Positions 1 through 9,181 are shown, numbered from the stretch's first letter. The stretch is DNA of 64,000 nt from Candidatus Stahliibacteriota bacterium (GCA_004375895.1 SOJW01000069.1:2114-66113), one strand, 5' to 3'. The notes: generated from the letters alone by a model not told the origin. Translations and numbers: made by a program.

Positions 1-591
1 AAACGTAACGCAACATACGAGTTAGAACGCAGAACCACACAAGCACGAGCAGAACTTACCCTACAGATCGAAAACGAGGAGAGAGCCATAAGCGAAGTCC
101 AACGTATCAAAGAAATCCTACAGCTCGCGGAGACCCTAACCGATAAGCCAGCACCTACCTGGGACGATACACAGATCAAAGTACCCTTTAACGGCGAGGT
201 CATACCTTGGGGCACATTCTATAAGGACCGATATATGCTGATACGGCTTTACGTCTACAAAAACGGCAAACCCAAGAACAAATATACGCTTGCCGCTTAT
301 GGCGTCACCCTTTTCCCAGCTAGTTCTTGGCAAGGAGACAACCCGTTGATTCTAGCGCCCGACGACTACGTAAAGCTTCACGCATCAGAGACAGGACTTA
401 GATTTAATGTGGCAACCATCGTAAAGGATGCACCGACGCTAGCAGACTTGGGAATATACTACAACAAGCGTAAGGACAAGATTCTTAAGGACTTTCTGCA
501 AAAGCACAAGGAGTTGATAGAAGAGATCGAACAGATCATGGAGGGAATACACCTTGGAAGACTTGAAACCATTTACACTCGTTGCGTGTGA
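1..591 (+). CDS. Hypothetical protein, 5'-partial (phage/mobile-element-like)
   Basis: Frame 1 is open from position 1 into the listed 235..591 ORF; no recognisable family motif. Confidence 0.7.
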   Translation, partial: KRNATYELERRTTQARAELTLQIENEERAISEVQRIKEILQLAETLTDKPAPTWDDTQIKVPFNGEVIPWGTFYKDRYMLIRLYVYKNGKPKNKYTLAAYGVTLFPASSWQGDNPLILAPDDYVKLHASETGLRFNVATIVKDAPTLADLGIYYNKRKDKILKDFLQKHKELIEEIEQIMEGIHLGRLETIYTRCV

Positions 592-600
592 AGACTAAAG

Positions 601-875
601 CCCCCGGCCTAGGGAAGTTGACATGATGAATAGGCTGCCGCACGGCGTAGCACACTATCGGACGGGTATCAATCCCGCTGTGTGCGAGGAGTCAGGCCGT
701 ATCGAAACCCGACGACGCCGACGTGACGCTTTTGCGGTCGGTAGCTCGGACAACGAGCGAAAAACGAGGGAAAGCTTGACAGTCAAGGGTGCATCGAGGT
801 CTATTCATCGTTCGCATAAGGTTAAACCGATGGACGGGGCAAATCTGCAAACTTGCCGGGGACTCCCCCGGTATA
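601..875 (+). ncRNA. Candidate structured non-coding RNA or ssDNA structure
   Basis: Stems 650-655/680-685, 718-722/737-741, 744-748/754-758, 775-780/782-787, 804-810/828-834, 838-842/853-857, 856-861/866-871; the overlapping 89-aa ORF is unconvincing. Confidence 0.35.
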
Positions 876-893
876 AAATAAAAGGAGGTTGAC

Positions 894-1058
894 ATGAGCA
901 ACCAGGAACGGCAACGCATAATAAAAGACTTCACTTGGCCGGACTGGGTGGAGTTGACAGAAAAGGTATACGGATGTTGTACCCGACGACACTTTCCGTA
1001 TACGAAAAAACAAAAACAACAACTCCTAACCAAAGCCCACAAGCTGGGGTTTGTATAA
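894..1058 (+). CDS. Small hypothetical protein (54 aa, MSNQERQRIIKDF...)
   Basis: Strong SD AAAGGAGG before ATG 894; TAA at 1056-1058 adjoins the next SD; below the ORF-track cutoff. Confidence 0.7.
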   Translation: MSNQERQRIIKDFTWPDWVELTEKVYGCCTRRHFPYTKKQKQQLLTKAHKLGFV

Positions 1059-1070
1059 AAGGAGGTTGAC

Positions 1071-2039
1071 ATGAACCAGATTAAACTTCTTGGGCTTGAC
1101 TCTAGCTGTCGAGACACTATTGATAGGGCAGGACTACGGGTAAGCAAGGCAAGACCGGAGCTTTTCTGGATTCCTATCCTTTGGTATGGAGTTCCCAAGC
1201 TGGCCGCCTACTATAGCCTTAACGAGATGCTTGAGGAAATATCCGTCGGTGAAATCAAGCTCCTGAATACTCGTACCCAAGTCTACTATTGCGATGGAGA
1301 AAAGTACGATCTCCCCAGAGTACCCCACACCTCTAACCTTACTAAAGAATGCTGTGTTTGCAAGCGACCTCTACCCTGGCGGACGGAAAGCCACTATCCT
1401 GCGGAAACTAAGAAATGCCGGTGGATACGCCATAGACAAGACAACACTACTGAGACCATCCGATTCTACGGCGATGAGAACGTTGTTATGTGCCCGGATT
1501 GCCGAGCACTGGGGTTGACTGGGCTGTTCGTTTGGCCGGATGGTGTCGAGTTCCCTGCGGCATGGTACGTCGAGCGGATGACACCGCATCCAAATGACAC
1601 TCAACTTGCCGAAATCTATAGGCTTATGCTTCGCATTCACGCGCTGTCGAAGTCACCACGCATCACCCTTGACCATGCCCGGGAAGCGGTAAGCTATCTG
1701 TACTACCGACCTGCACCTACGCGGAGACGAAGCTTGTTCGGGACCGAAGAGGAGAACGGTTCGGGATACTGGATAACAGTAGACCAGGTTTGGTGTATGC
1801 TTGCGTCAAGCCTTGCATCCGCATCATCAACGTTGGAATCAAACGCGATCAGGTACGCACGATTCCTGGAGATTATGAGCGCACACTTCAAGGCTAAGGA
1901 GTGGAAGAAAGTATGCAAGTTAGAGATACCAGCAACCCATGCCTGGTATCATACCTGGAACGTAGTCAAACCAAAGGAGGTTGACAAATTGAGGAACTAT
2001 CGGTTGACAAACCGAGAAGCGGTCAGCCATCAGCCCTAA
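1071..2039 (+). CDS. Hypothetical protein with Zn-ribbon-like CxxC pairs
   Basis: 322-aa ORF with SD; CCVCK and CPDC. Confidence 0.75.
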   Translation: MNQIKLLGLDSSCRDTIDRAGLRVSKARPELFWIPILWYGVPKLAAYYSLNEMLEEISVGEIKLLNTRTQVYYCDGEKYDLPRVPHTSNLTKECCVCKRPLPWRTESHYPAETKKCRWIRHRQDNTTETIRFYGDENVVMCPDCRALGLTGLFVWPDGVEFPAAWYVERMTPHPNDTQLAEIYRLMLRIHALSKSPRITLDHAREAVSYLYYRPAPTRRRSLFGTEEENGSGYWITVDQVWCMLASSLASASSTLESNAIRYARFLEIMSAHFKAKEWKKVCKLEIPATHAWYHTWNVVKPKEVDKLRNYRLTNREAVSHQP

Positions 2040-2055
2040 AATAAAGGAGGTTGAC

Positions 2056-2328
2056 ATGGCGTGCTATAAAAAACTTACCTTCGTTTGCCAACGATGCGGC
2101 AAGGAGTTTGAGGCAGAAACACCGAAGATAATACATACGCTTCCCAAGTTCTGCCCGTCCTGCCTAACCGCCGCAGGCGAACAAGCTTTGCAAAAAATAC
2201 GCAAACTCATCAAGGAACTTCAGATAATTTACGTTTGGTGGATTGATCCGGCTACGCCTAAAGACCTCACCTGCAAAGTGTCCATAACTATCAACGGATT
2301 CTACGGACAGAACAATAAGGAGACTTGA
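2056..2328 (+). CDS. Small Zn-ribbon protein
   Basis: CQRC...CPSC; SD AAAGGAGG. Confidence 0.75.
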   Translation: MACYKKLTFVCQRCGKEFEAETPKIIHTLPKFCPSCLTAAGEQALQKIRKLIKELQIIYVWWIDPATPKDLTCKVSITINGFYGQNNKET

Positions 2329-2329
2329 C

Positions 2330-3172
2330 ATGAAAGACTCTATCCGAATCCCCATCATTGAGCGGTTCCTTGACGTGCTACATGCTCAGCAGGCATCGCC
2401 CCGTACCCTGGAAGCCTATCGCTATGATCTTGAGCTTTTCTGCAAGTTCCTGGGTTCGTATGAGGATAAACCGATGGACGCGGCTCGAGATGAAATCAGG
2501 GCGTTCATAGCCTGGGAGTCAAAAAGACATCATCCTAATACCGTACGCAGGCGGCTTGCAACTATCAAAAGTTTCTACAGGTACTTGATGACTGAAGGGC
2601 TTATCTCTCAAAATCCTGCACGTTCTGTAATCGCGCCTCGGCATCGTCAATCCTTGCCCCGGTTCCTTACTGAAAGAGAAGTCGAGCAGATCTTCAATAA
2701 CCACTTTCAATGTTTCAGAGATCGTATCATCCTTGAACTTCTCTACTGTGAAGGATTACGTATCTCTGAACTCGCCAGGTTGAACATGGAGGATATTGAT
2801 TTCGAGAGGAAAACCATTCGCGTCAATGGCAAAGGAAACAAACAACGGATCGCCTTTCTTGGTGATAGATTAGCGACCTTGCTTAAAGCCTATGTAGACA
2901 AAGCTGCATCCGGGCCACTGGTTCGATCTTCACGGACCGGAAAACGGCTCAGTGTGCGTTACTTGCGGATGATCGTTCAGCACTACGCGAAGACCAATCC
3001 TCATGTCTTCCGTCATAGCTTCGCAACCCACATGCTGGATCGTGGAGCAAACCTGCGTGCGGTGCAGGAACTACTAGGACATGCCTCGCTCTCCACCACG
3101 CAGATTTATACCCACCTCACCACCCGGCGTATCAAAGAATCCTACCGAAAAGCCCACCCTAGAGCAACTTGA
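2330..3172 (+). CDS. XerC/XerD-family tyrosine recombinase/integrase
   Basis: N-terminal SAM-like domain; GLRISEL, GKGNKQR, HVFRHSFATH, LLGH, TQIYTH (R-K-H-R-H-Y set complete). Confidence 0.95.
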   Translation: MKDSIRIPIIERFLDVLHAQQASPRTLEAYRYDLELFCKFLGSYEDKPMDAARDEIRAFIAWESKRHHPNTVRRRLATIKSFYRYLMTEGLISQNPARSVIAPRHRQSLPRFLTEREVEQIFNNHFQCFRDRIILELLYCEGLRISELARLNMEDIDFERKTIRVNGKGNKQRIAFLGDRLATLLKAYVDKAASGPLVRSSRTGKRLSVRYLRMIVQHYAKTNPHVFRHSFATHMLDRGANLRAVQELLGHASLSTTQIYTHLTTRRIKESYRKAHPRAT

Positions 3173-3196
3173 CATGGATAGAATTTTGACTACAAT
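3169..3196 (+). promoter_or_regulatory. Sigma70-type promoter
   Basis: TTGACA-N16-TACAAT overlapping the recombinase stop codon. Confidence 0.6.
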
Positions 3197-3306
3197 CTAT
3201 GTAAACGTAACCCCCCAAGGCGAAGGAGGAAAACATGACAAGAAAGCTCACAGCCAACCGCTCACAGCCGTCAGCCGATAGCGGTGAGCCGTCAGCCTGA
3301 ACAGAC

Positions 3307-3870
3307 ATGCTTTGGGGCCAAGGACGAAAGATAATCACGAATTCAAGAATCGCAATAGGGTTAGATAATATGCTCAGGAATTATCGTAACCTGAAAACTA
3401 ACCCATCGCTACGGATGCAGAATTTCCACAAGATCTCCTGGGCACTTTTCGGAGAAGCAATTATCCGAATCGGATACGAATATCTACAAACATACAACAA
3501 AGAAAAAGGATTGGCAGCCACAGTTGAGCACATTGTATCCTGCGGCCTCAATCCTCGATGGGCAAATCTTCCTCGAACTCGATTTCGCCATGTTCCGCTC
3601 AATATCTATCTGCATGTGACGTTTAGAGAAAAACTTCAACACTACCATCAACACATCAAAGAGATCATGAAAAAAAACGAGATCAAACCAGTGTCTTGGG
3701 CGTATTTTCTACAAGCGTTGCTGGATATAGGGTTATGGCAAGTGGAAAGTATGCCAACCAAAGACGCCACACACTTGATTCTTATGACAGTTGCTCAATT
3801 TGAAACAGAAGCTATTGCTGAAATCAAGACGAAATTAGAAGCCGCGTTCAAGGATAGCGCAAGTTCATAA
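3307..3870 (+). CDS. Hypothetical protein
   Basis: 187-aa ORF; an in-frame SD-led ATG at 3235 is separated from it by TGA at 3298-3300. Confidence 0.65.
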   Translation: MLWGQGRKIITNSRIAIGLDNMLRNYRNLKTNPSLRMQNFHKISWALFGEAIIRIGYEYLQTYNKEKGLAATVEHIVSCGLNPRWANLPRTRFRHVPLNIYLHVTFREKLQHYHQHIKEIMKKNEIKPVSWAYFLQALLDIGLWQVESMPTKDATHLILMTVAQFETEAIAEIKTKLEAAFKDSASS

Positions 3871-3980
3871 CTTACCCCACTGGGGCTTTCTCCTTGCCCC
3901 TCTCTGCGAATAGAAACCCCAAACCAACTCAATGTAGAAAGTGTGCTGCTGCACGATACTTCCAAGTAGTAATCTTGCTT

Positions 3981-4109
3981 TCAATTCCACTGTGGTGCGA
4001 TCTTTCACCCCACGAGTTCACTTCGTGACCTCGCGGGGACCCCGTCGGGTTCCCTGCACGGCTGCGTTAGCAGACGTGTAGGGTTAACTCAATTCCACTA
4101 TGGTGCGAT
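3981..4109 (+). CRISPR. Degenerate two-repeat CRISPR-like relic; no cas genes in window
   Basis: TCAATTCCACTGTGGTGCGAT (3981-4001) and TCAATTCCACTATGGTGCGAT (4089-4109), 20/21 identical, resemble TTTCAATTCC-type repeats. Confidence 0.4.
4006..4044 (-). repeat. REP-like palindrome, CGGGGTCCCCGC...CGAAG...GTGGGGTG family
   Basis: Hairpin; related copies at 29161-29199 and 54601-54664. Confidence 0.7.
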
Positions 4110-4135
4110 GGAGGGAGTCACAAGGGAGTTCTCAT

Positions 4136-4340
4136 CTAGAGAGGATTCTTGGGAATCAGGTTTTCCATAAACGTTTGCCCTGCTTCCTCTAAATTGCTGT
4201 CTAAAGAAAAGGTCAGGTTTCGTACCCTAATTTCTCCTATTCTTTCATCCAACGGGGTCTCCAATAGGGTTGGGTATATCAAGATCGCCTCCTTGCAGCT
4301 CTTGGCCTCAGCGTAGGTCCCCACCTGAGAGACATCAGCT
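4136..4340 (-). pseudogene. mcrC: McrC-like restriction subunit, C-terminal fragment
   Basis: ADVSQVGTYA...AILIYP matches the McrC C-terminal DxxQxxxYA...LxYP pattern; 5' part absent. Confidence 0.65.
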
Positions 4341-4358
4341 TCCTCAGGAGAAGAGGGA

Positions 4359-4640
4359 GTGGCCATCCTCTCGTATCTCTTTGAGAAAGGCCGGATCGGA
4401 GTCAGGCCTTCGGAGTATGCGCTTCTGCGGCAGTTCCGCTCCTGGCGCAGGGATCAGGCGGGCCATATCGTCAAGAAAGACGACCACTTCCCTGACGCAC
4501 TCATCGCCGGAGCACAGAAGCTGAAGCAGGTTGGGGTCGGAACCGGCAGTAAGACCGTGGGATATGTGCTCTGCAAGCGCCGGGTATTCTCGACCGCCGC
4601 CCGCATAGGCCGAAGGATCAGAGAGGCGCTCTTGAGGTAA
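4359..4640 (+). pseudogene. Phage terminase large subunit, C-terminal fragment
   Basis: RSWRRD..GHIVKKDDHFPDAL resembles the end of the TerL RNase H-like nuclease domain. Confidence 0.6.
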
Positions 4641-4662
4641 AATCAAAAAGGGAAAGGAGAAG

Positions 4663-5229
4663 GGATGCCAGCAGGCTGTCATTGAGTCCATCAATAAAGC
4701 CGCGTCTGAAATAGACGTCGCCATATACATCTTCACAAATCCCGACATAGCCGAAGCCTTGGTAGCCGCCAAGGTTCGAGGCGTCAAGATCCGGGTGCTC
4801 CTGGACGGCGATAACGTCGATATGAACTACTCAAAAGCGGAATCCCTGGTTGACAACGGGATCCCTGTTCGGCACGAGACTGGCGCAGGCCTGATGCACA
4901 ATAAATTCGCCGTCGTCGACGACTCGATCACCCTCACGGGATCCTTCAACTGGACCCGTGCCGCCGAGAGTGCGAACGATGAGAACCTCTTGAAGATAGT
5001 CTCCCCGGAGCTGGCAGCGCAGTATGCAGAAGAGTTTTCCGAGTTATGGGGGATAGCTGCGGTGTTCGTGCCAGCGCCTTCGCCCCAGCAGGAAACCGTC
5101 TACGTCACCCGCACGGGCTCCAAGTATCATAGGGCAGGCTGCAGTTGTCTTCGATCCAGCTGTATTCCTATATCCAAGTCTGAGGCTATCCGGCGGGGGT
5201 ATACCCCTTGTTCGAGATGCAATCCGTAG
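4663..5229 (+). pseudogene. 5'-truncated PLD-family (Nuc/Zucchini-like) nuclease with C-terminal Cys-rich metal-binding domain
   Basis: MHNKFAVVD...TGSFNW HKD motif; VYVTRTGSKYH...CSRC tail; the frame extends upstream of 4759 (EIDVAIYIFT) without a start codon. Confidence 0.75.
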
Positions 5230-5376
5230 ATGCAGGACGTCCCCTTTTGGGTATGGTATTCTCTGGCGCGCAGGTTCCCAAAACGGCGCACCTTGCAGCA
5301 GCTCCGGCTCGCGTCTGCAGAAAAGGGGCACAGTGCAGCGCGGTGGAGAGGGTTGGGGGTAAGACGTAAACCTTGA
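5230..5376 (+). pseudogene. N-terminal stub paralogous to ORF 8531-9181
   Basis: MQDVPFWVWYSLARR vs MNLPFWAWYALARH. Confidence 0.6.
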
Positions 5377-5406
5377 CATTTAGCCCTAGATCCTTTATGA
5401 TAGTCA

Positions 5407-6336
5407 GTGATTGCAGGGCTTGTTATGGATGGCTTGAGTTGGGCGTATTACGAAACTCGCTTCGAGCGTGACTTCTACAGAAAAATGGGAACCGAATTCC
5501 AAGCTTTCTTCTGTGAAATTATGAAAAGGGGGCATCCTGGTGACTTCACATTTCCTGCTCCTTGGGGGACAGAAGGGGATCTAAAAAACGATGGTTTTTT
5601 AAAGTCCGAACGGACGCTTTTCCAGGCCTATGCCCCTGAGAGGATGGAAGAAAAAAAGACTGTTGATAAAATAGAAAAGGATTTCAATGGAGCTTTGAAA
5701 CATTGGAAGGGACGCTTCGATAAGTGGGTATTTGTACATAACCGCCGTTCCGGCCTACCACCTAAAGCAGTGTCTAAAATTATTGAGTTAAATGAAGCTC
5801 AGCCTGATATAGAAGTCTGCGAGTGGGGATGCCCAGAAGTTCACCAAAGATTGAGTAAGTTAAGCCCTCCCGATCTATTATCGCTTTTCGGAGAAGTACC
5901 TTCCCGAAGAACTAGTCGTCGAGTGAGTTTCAACAAATTGAGAAAGATTATATCGTCTCTCTCGCGGCAGAAGCCTTCGCCGGATCAAGACCTAAGCCCT
6001 CCATCGTCAGAAAAGCTGGATGCAAATGGGCTGTCTGATAAAGTACGGGTTTTGCTTAAAGCAGGTATGAGCTTGAGTGCCCAAGTAGGGCGACTGTTCA
6101 AGCAACACTATGATCCTAATTTGGGGGATGAGATAGCCCAAGCCTTCAAGGAGGAATACAAAAGACTCCGGAAAACTGAAGACGATCCCGATCAAATCTT
6201 CCAAGGTCTCCAAGAGTTTGTAGGTGGCTTAGCGCGGGGGGAGCCAGAATATGAAGTGACAGTATTAGCAATTTTAGCTTATTTCTTCGAACAGTGCGAC
6301 ATCTTTGAGAATCCACCAACGGAAGGCACGTCATGA
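5407..6336 (+). CDS. lmuA: Lamassu/ABC-3C effector (LmuA-like): PD-(D/E)xK-type nuclease plus C-terminal domain
   Basis: GDLKNDG...FQAYAP nuclease-like motif; C-terminal YFFEQCDIFE; first gene of a three-gene ATGA-coupled operon. Confidence 0.8.
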   Translation: MIAGLVMDGLSWAYYETRFERDFYRKMGTEFQAFFCEIMKRGHPGDFTFPAPWGTEGDLKNDGFLKSERTLFQAYAPERMEEKKTVDKIEKDFNGALKHWKGRFDKWVFVHNRRSGLPPKAVSKIIELNEAQPDIEVCEWGCPEVHQRLSKLSPPDLLSLFGEVPSRRTSRRVSFNKLRKIISSLSRQKPSPDQDLSPPSSEKLDANGLSDKVRVLLKAGMSLSAQVGRLFKQHYDPNLGDEIAQAFKEEYKRLRKTEDDPDQIFQGLQEFVGGLARGEPEYEVTVLAILAYFFEQCDIFENPPTEGTS

Positions 6337-6578
6337 TCCTTCCTACCAAGCGGTTAGGCCAAGATCGGGCTTTGTTATACGTTGGAGCAGAAATACTAAA
6401 ACTACTCGATCACCCGAAAACTATTTCCCGAGTTTGGGACGAATTAAAAAAAACACGCTCTGAGAAATCAGAAAATCCTTCCTTGACCTATGATTGGTTT
6501 GTTCTAGCTCTGGATTTGCTTTATACCGTTGGATGTATAGAATTCGAGACCGGAAGACTAAGGAAGAGGACTCAATGA
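6333..6578 (+). CDS. lmuC: Lamassu/ABC-3C middle component (LmuC-like)
   Basis: 81 aa; MILPTK...FVLALDLLY pattern; ATGA overlaps at both ends. Confidence 0.8.
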   Translation: MILPTKRLGQDRALLYVGAEILKLLDHPKTISRVWDELKKTRSEKSENPSLTYDWFVLALDLLYTVGCIEFETGRLRKRTQ

Positions 6579-8320
6579 TCCATCGTATCTTCAGTAAAGA
6601 CCTAGAGAGCTTTAAGGAAGTAACCTTTCACGAAGGCCTCAACATCCTCGTAGCAACCAAAACAAAGGAAGAAGATCCCCGTAAGACGCGTAACAGATCG
6701 GGTAAGACAAGCCTTATAGAGATTATGCATTTTCTCTTAGGTGGGAAGTGCGGCACTGATTCAATTTTCCGTTTAGATGATCTAATCTCGTACACTTTCG
6801 GGATGGAATTTGACTTAGGTGATTCCGTAGTTACTGTGCAAAGATCGGGAAGTAACCCTAATGAGTTGATTGTGAGGGGCGGCATCCAAGATTGGCCAAT
6901 TTCGCCGTACACCAAAGATGATTCTAATGAACGATTCATTTCAAATACCGATTGGAGGGTTGTGCTAGGACACTTTTTGTTTGATTTATCTGGGAGTGCA
7001 AGCGAAGAGAAAACGGGGAAATTTGGACCTTCCTTCCGATCATTAATATCATATTTTATTAGAAACGAAAATGCTGGAGGCTTCCTAACAGCCGAGAAGC
7101 AATCAAAAAATCAGCAGCTTGGGGACGTTCAAGTTAACCTATCCTATCTATTGGATCTTGACTGGACGATCTCACAGGAATTACAGTTTGTTCGTGAACG
7201 TGAAAAAGAAATAGCTGTCCTCCGTAGAGAGTTGAGCAAAGGTACTTTTGGCCCAGTCGTTGGGACTGCTGCGCAATTACAGACCGCTTTAGCATTGGCA
7301 GAAGAAAAAACCAGTGCTATGAAAAAAAGGGGCAAAGAATTCCGGGTTCGCAAGGATTATCACGAACTAGAGAAAGAGGCTTCGGAGTTAACTCAACAAC
7401 TTGCGGATTTAGCCGATGGCAATACAATTGATTACGAGCTGATTTCTGAGTTGGAGCGTTCCTTGAAAAGTGAGGAATCACCATCTCTTGAGAATCTGGA
7501 GCGTCTCTATATGGAAGTAGGCGTAGAACTTCCTGATACAGCGGTGCGCCGGTTCGAAGATGTTCGCAAGTTTCACGAAGCTGTTATTGAAAACCGCAAA
7601 AGTTATCTCGTTCAAGAAATCGAAGCCGCGAGAAGACGAATTGCCAATCGTGAAAGGAGAACACACCGACTTGATGTAAGACGGGCTCAAATCATGACTA
7701 TCTTGAAGTCTTCTGGGGCTCTGGAAAGTTACACTAATCTGAGATCTGAATTAACCAGACTGGAAGCGGAAACCGAGTCCCTACGTAACCAGTTATTAAT
7801 AGCAGAGAGGTTAGAGGGGGAAAAGACCGAACTGGAAATGGAACGTGCCCAGCTTCTTACTAGACTCAGACAGAATCATCAAGAACAACGTGTCATAGTG
7901 AATAAAGCGATTCAGACCTTTGAAGGAATATCTCAACGTCTCTATGAAAAACCGGGAAGTTTAACTATCGAAAGGACACTGAATGGTCCTATCTTCGATT
8001 TCATAATCCAAGGAAAAAGAAGCAAGGGTATCAGACACATGTTGATTTTCTGCTTCGATCTAATGCTTGTTCGATTGTGTAAAAGATGCCCTGGTTTTCT
8101 GGTCCATGATAGTCATCTTTTCGATAGTGTAGATTCCGACCAAACTGAGACAGCGTTCCAAATAGCTGACGAAGCGACTAAAAAGTTCGGGTTCCAATAT
8201 ATCTTTACTTTGAATTCGCATAAGCTCCCTAAAAGAATTGAGCTCAGCCATGCGATTCTGCCGGTCTCAATAACTGACGCCACTGAAGATGGAGGGCTTT
8301 TCGGTTTTCGCTTTGGATAG
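6575..8320 (+). CDS. lmuB: Lamassu/ABC-3C SMC-like ATPase (LmuB, DUF2326-like)
   Basis: Walker A RNRSGKTS, long coiled coil, SKG signature, FLVHDSHLFDSVD; start reassigned to ATG 6575. Confidence 0.88.
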   Translation: MIHRIFSKDLESFKEVTFHEGLNILVATKTKEEDPRKTRNRSGKTSLIEIMHFLLGGKCGTDSIFRLDDLISYTFGMEFDLGDSVVTVQRSGSNPNELIVRGGIQDWPISPYTKDDSNERFISNTDWRVVLGHFLFDLSGSASEEKTGKFGPSFRSLISYFIRNENAGGFLTAEKQSKNQQLGDVQVNLSYLLDLDWTISQELQFVREREKEIAVLRRELSKGTFGPVVGTAAQLQTALALAEEKTSAMKKRGKEFRVRKDYHELEKEASELTQQLADLADGNTIDYELISELERSLKSEESPSLENLERLYMEVGVELPDTAVRRFEDVRKFHEAVIENRKSYLVQEIEAARRRIANRERRTHRLDVRRAQIMTILKSSGALESYTNLRSELTRLEAETESLRNQLLIAERLEGEKTELEMERAQLLTRLRQNHQEQRVIVNKAIQTFEGISQRLYEKPGSLTIERTLNGPIFDFIIQGKRSKGIRHMLIFCFDLMLVRLCKRCPGFLVHDSHLFDSVDSDQTETAFQIADEATKKFGFQYIFTLNSHKLPKRIELSHAILPVSITDATEDGGLFGFRFG

Positions 8321-8324
8321 CCTC

Positions 8325-8400
8325 CCCTAATCTTGCCCTAAACCTTACCCCCACTTCCTGTGCCAAAATTGCACCACTTTTACACCAATCTCTTGATTTT
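8325..8400 (+). repeat. Element-end repeat (GCCCTAA/TGCACCA arm-type sites), copy A
   Basis: Homologous to 41454-41510 and 50504-50584. Confidence 0.75.
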
Positions 8401-8530
8401 ATATGCACACTCACACTCACTTGTTAAGGTAAACTGTAAGCTCTCCACGATAAACACTAAACAATGGTAAAGTTCGTCATCGCCTCTCCCCAAAAGTTGA
8501 CAAACCGGGGAATCTGGGGATGATAGAAAC

Positions 8531-9181
8531 ATGAACCTTCCTTTTTGGGCTTGGTATGCCTTAGCGCGGCATATTTATGAAGGTAAATTAGCCCGGACTA
8601 CATGCAGAGGGGCACCTGACCAGTCAAAGCCGCCTTACCGATTCGGTGAACGCATAACCTTGCCTCAAACCTACTGGGACGGCGGGGTGTGGGCGATGCC
8701 GCCTGACCTGGTATCTGCCGATGACCCTGGGAGTACACGATCACGCCTTTATGTCTACCTCCAGGATCGTAGCTATGGTCGTTGTAAGCCTCTCTTTGTG
8801 TCTCGCCACTGGTTCCCTCGCGGCACAGGACTGAAGTGGCGCTATGAGGCTCTGCGAGGCCGCTACGGGCTATCCCCGGACGACGCCCGGCTTGTGATCT
8901 CCATAGAGGACGACAAGGACTACTCTGAGAACGCCTTAAAGGTCGCCAAGCACCGCGAGCGGCAGATGTTAGAAAAGATCCTCTCTCGCCCGCCTGGGTT
9001 ATGCCAAGGGATGCGCTTTGAGGAGTATAAAGCGCTTAGAGAGCTGTTCCCCCAGGCCCAGACGATCCGGATTCCCCGCACCTTGAACTCTATCTGGCCC
9101 CCTGAGCTTGTAATCTTTTTTGAGGAACGAAACCTGCTCGGCAAGACCTTTTCGTTCCCTCAGCGCCCGCCTTCCAGATAG
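8531..9181 (+). CDS. Hypothetical protein
   Basis: 216-aa ORF behind a TTGACA promoter with no SD; stub paralogue at 5230. Confidence 0.75.
   Translation: MNLPFWAWYALARHIYEGKLARTTCRGAPDQSKPPYRFGERITLPQTYWDGGVWAMPPDLVSADDPGSTRSRLYVYLQDRSYGRCKPLFVSRHWFPRGTGLKWRYEALRGRYGLSPDDARLVISIEDDKDYSENALKVAKHRERQMLEKILSRPPGLCQGMRFEEYKALRELFPQAQTIRIPRTLNSIWPPELVIFFEERNLLGKTFSFPQRPPSR

Larger units (their letters stand above)
1..3870 (+). mobile_element. Right part of an integrative element or prophage remnant
   Basis: Co-oriented orphan and Zn-ribbon ORFs sharing one translation-start motif, plus a tyrosine recombinase; ends not defined. Confidence 0.5.

Noticed and set aside
2330-3172. Integron integrase with cassette array
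   Set aside because: 280 aa with no visible IntI-specific insertion; I found no paired RYYYAAC/GTTRRRY attC sites downstream
3981-4109. Functional CRISPR-Cas locus
   Set aside because: Only two partial repeats and no cas genes in the window; kept only as a relic
4359-4640. Intact prophage
   Set aside because: Only a terminase tail; no portal, capsid or tail genes in the window
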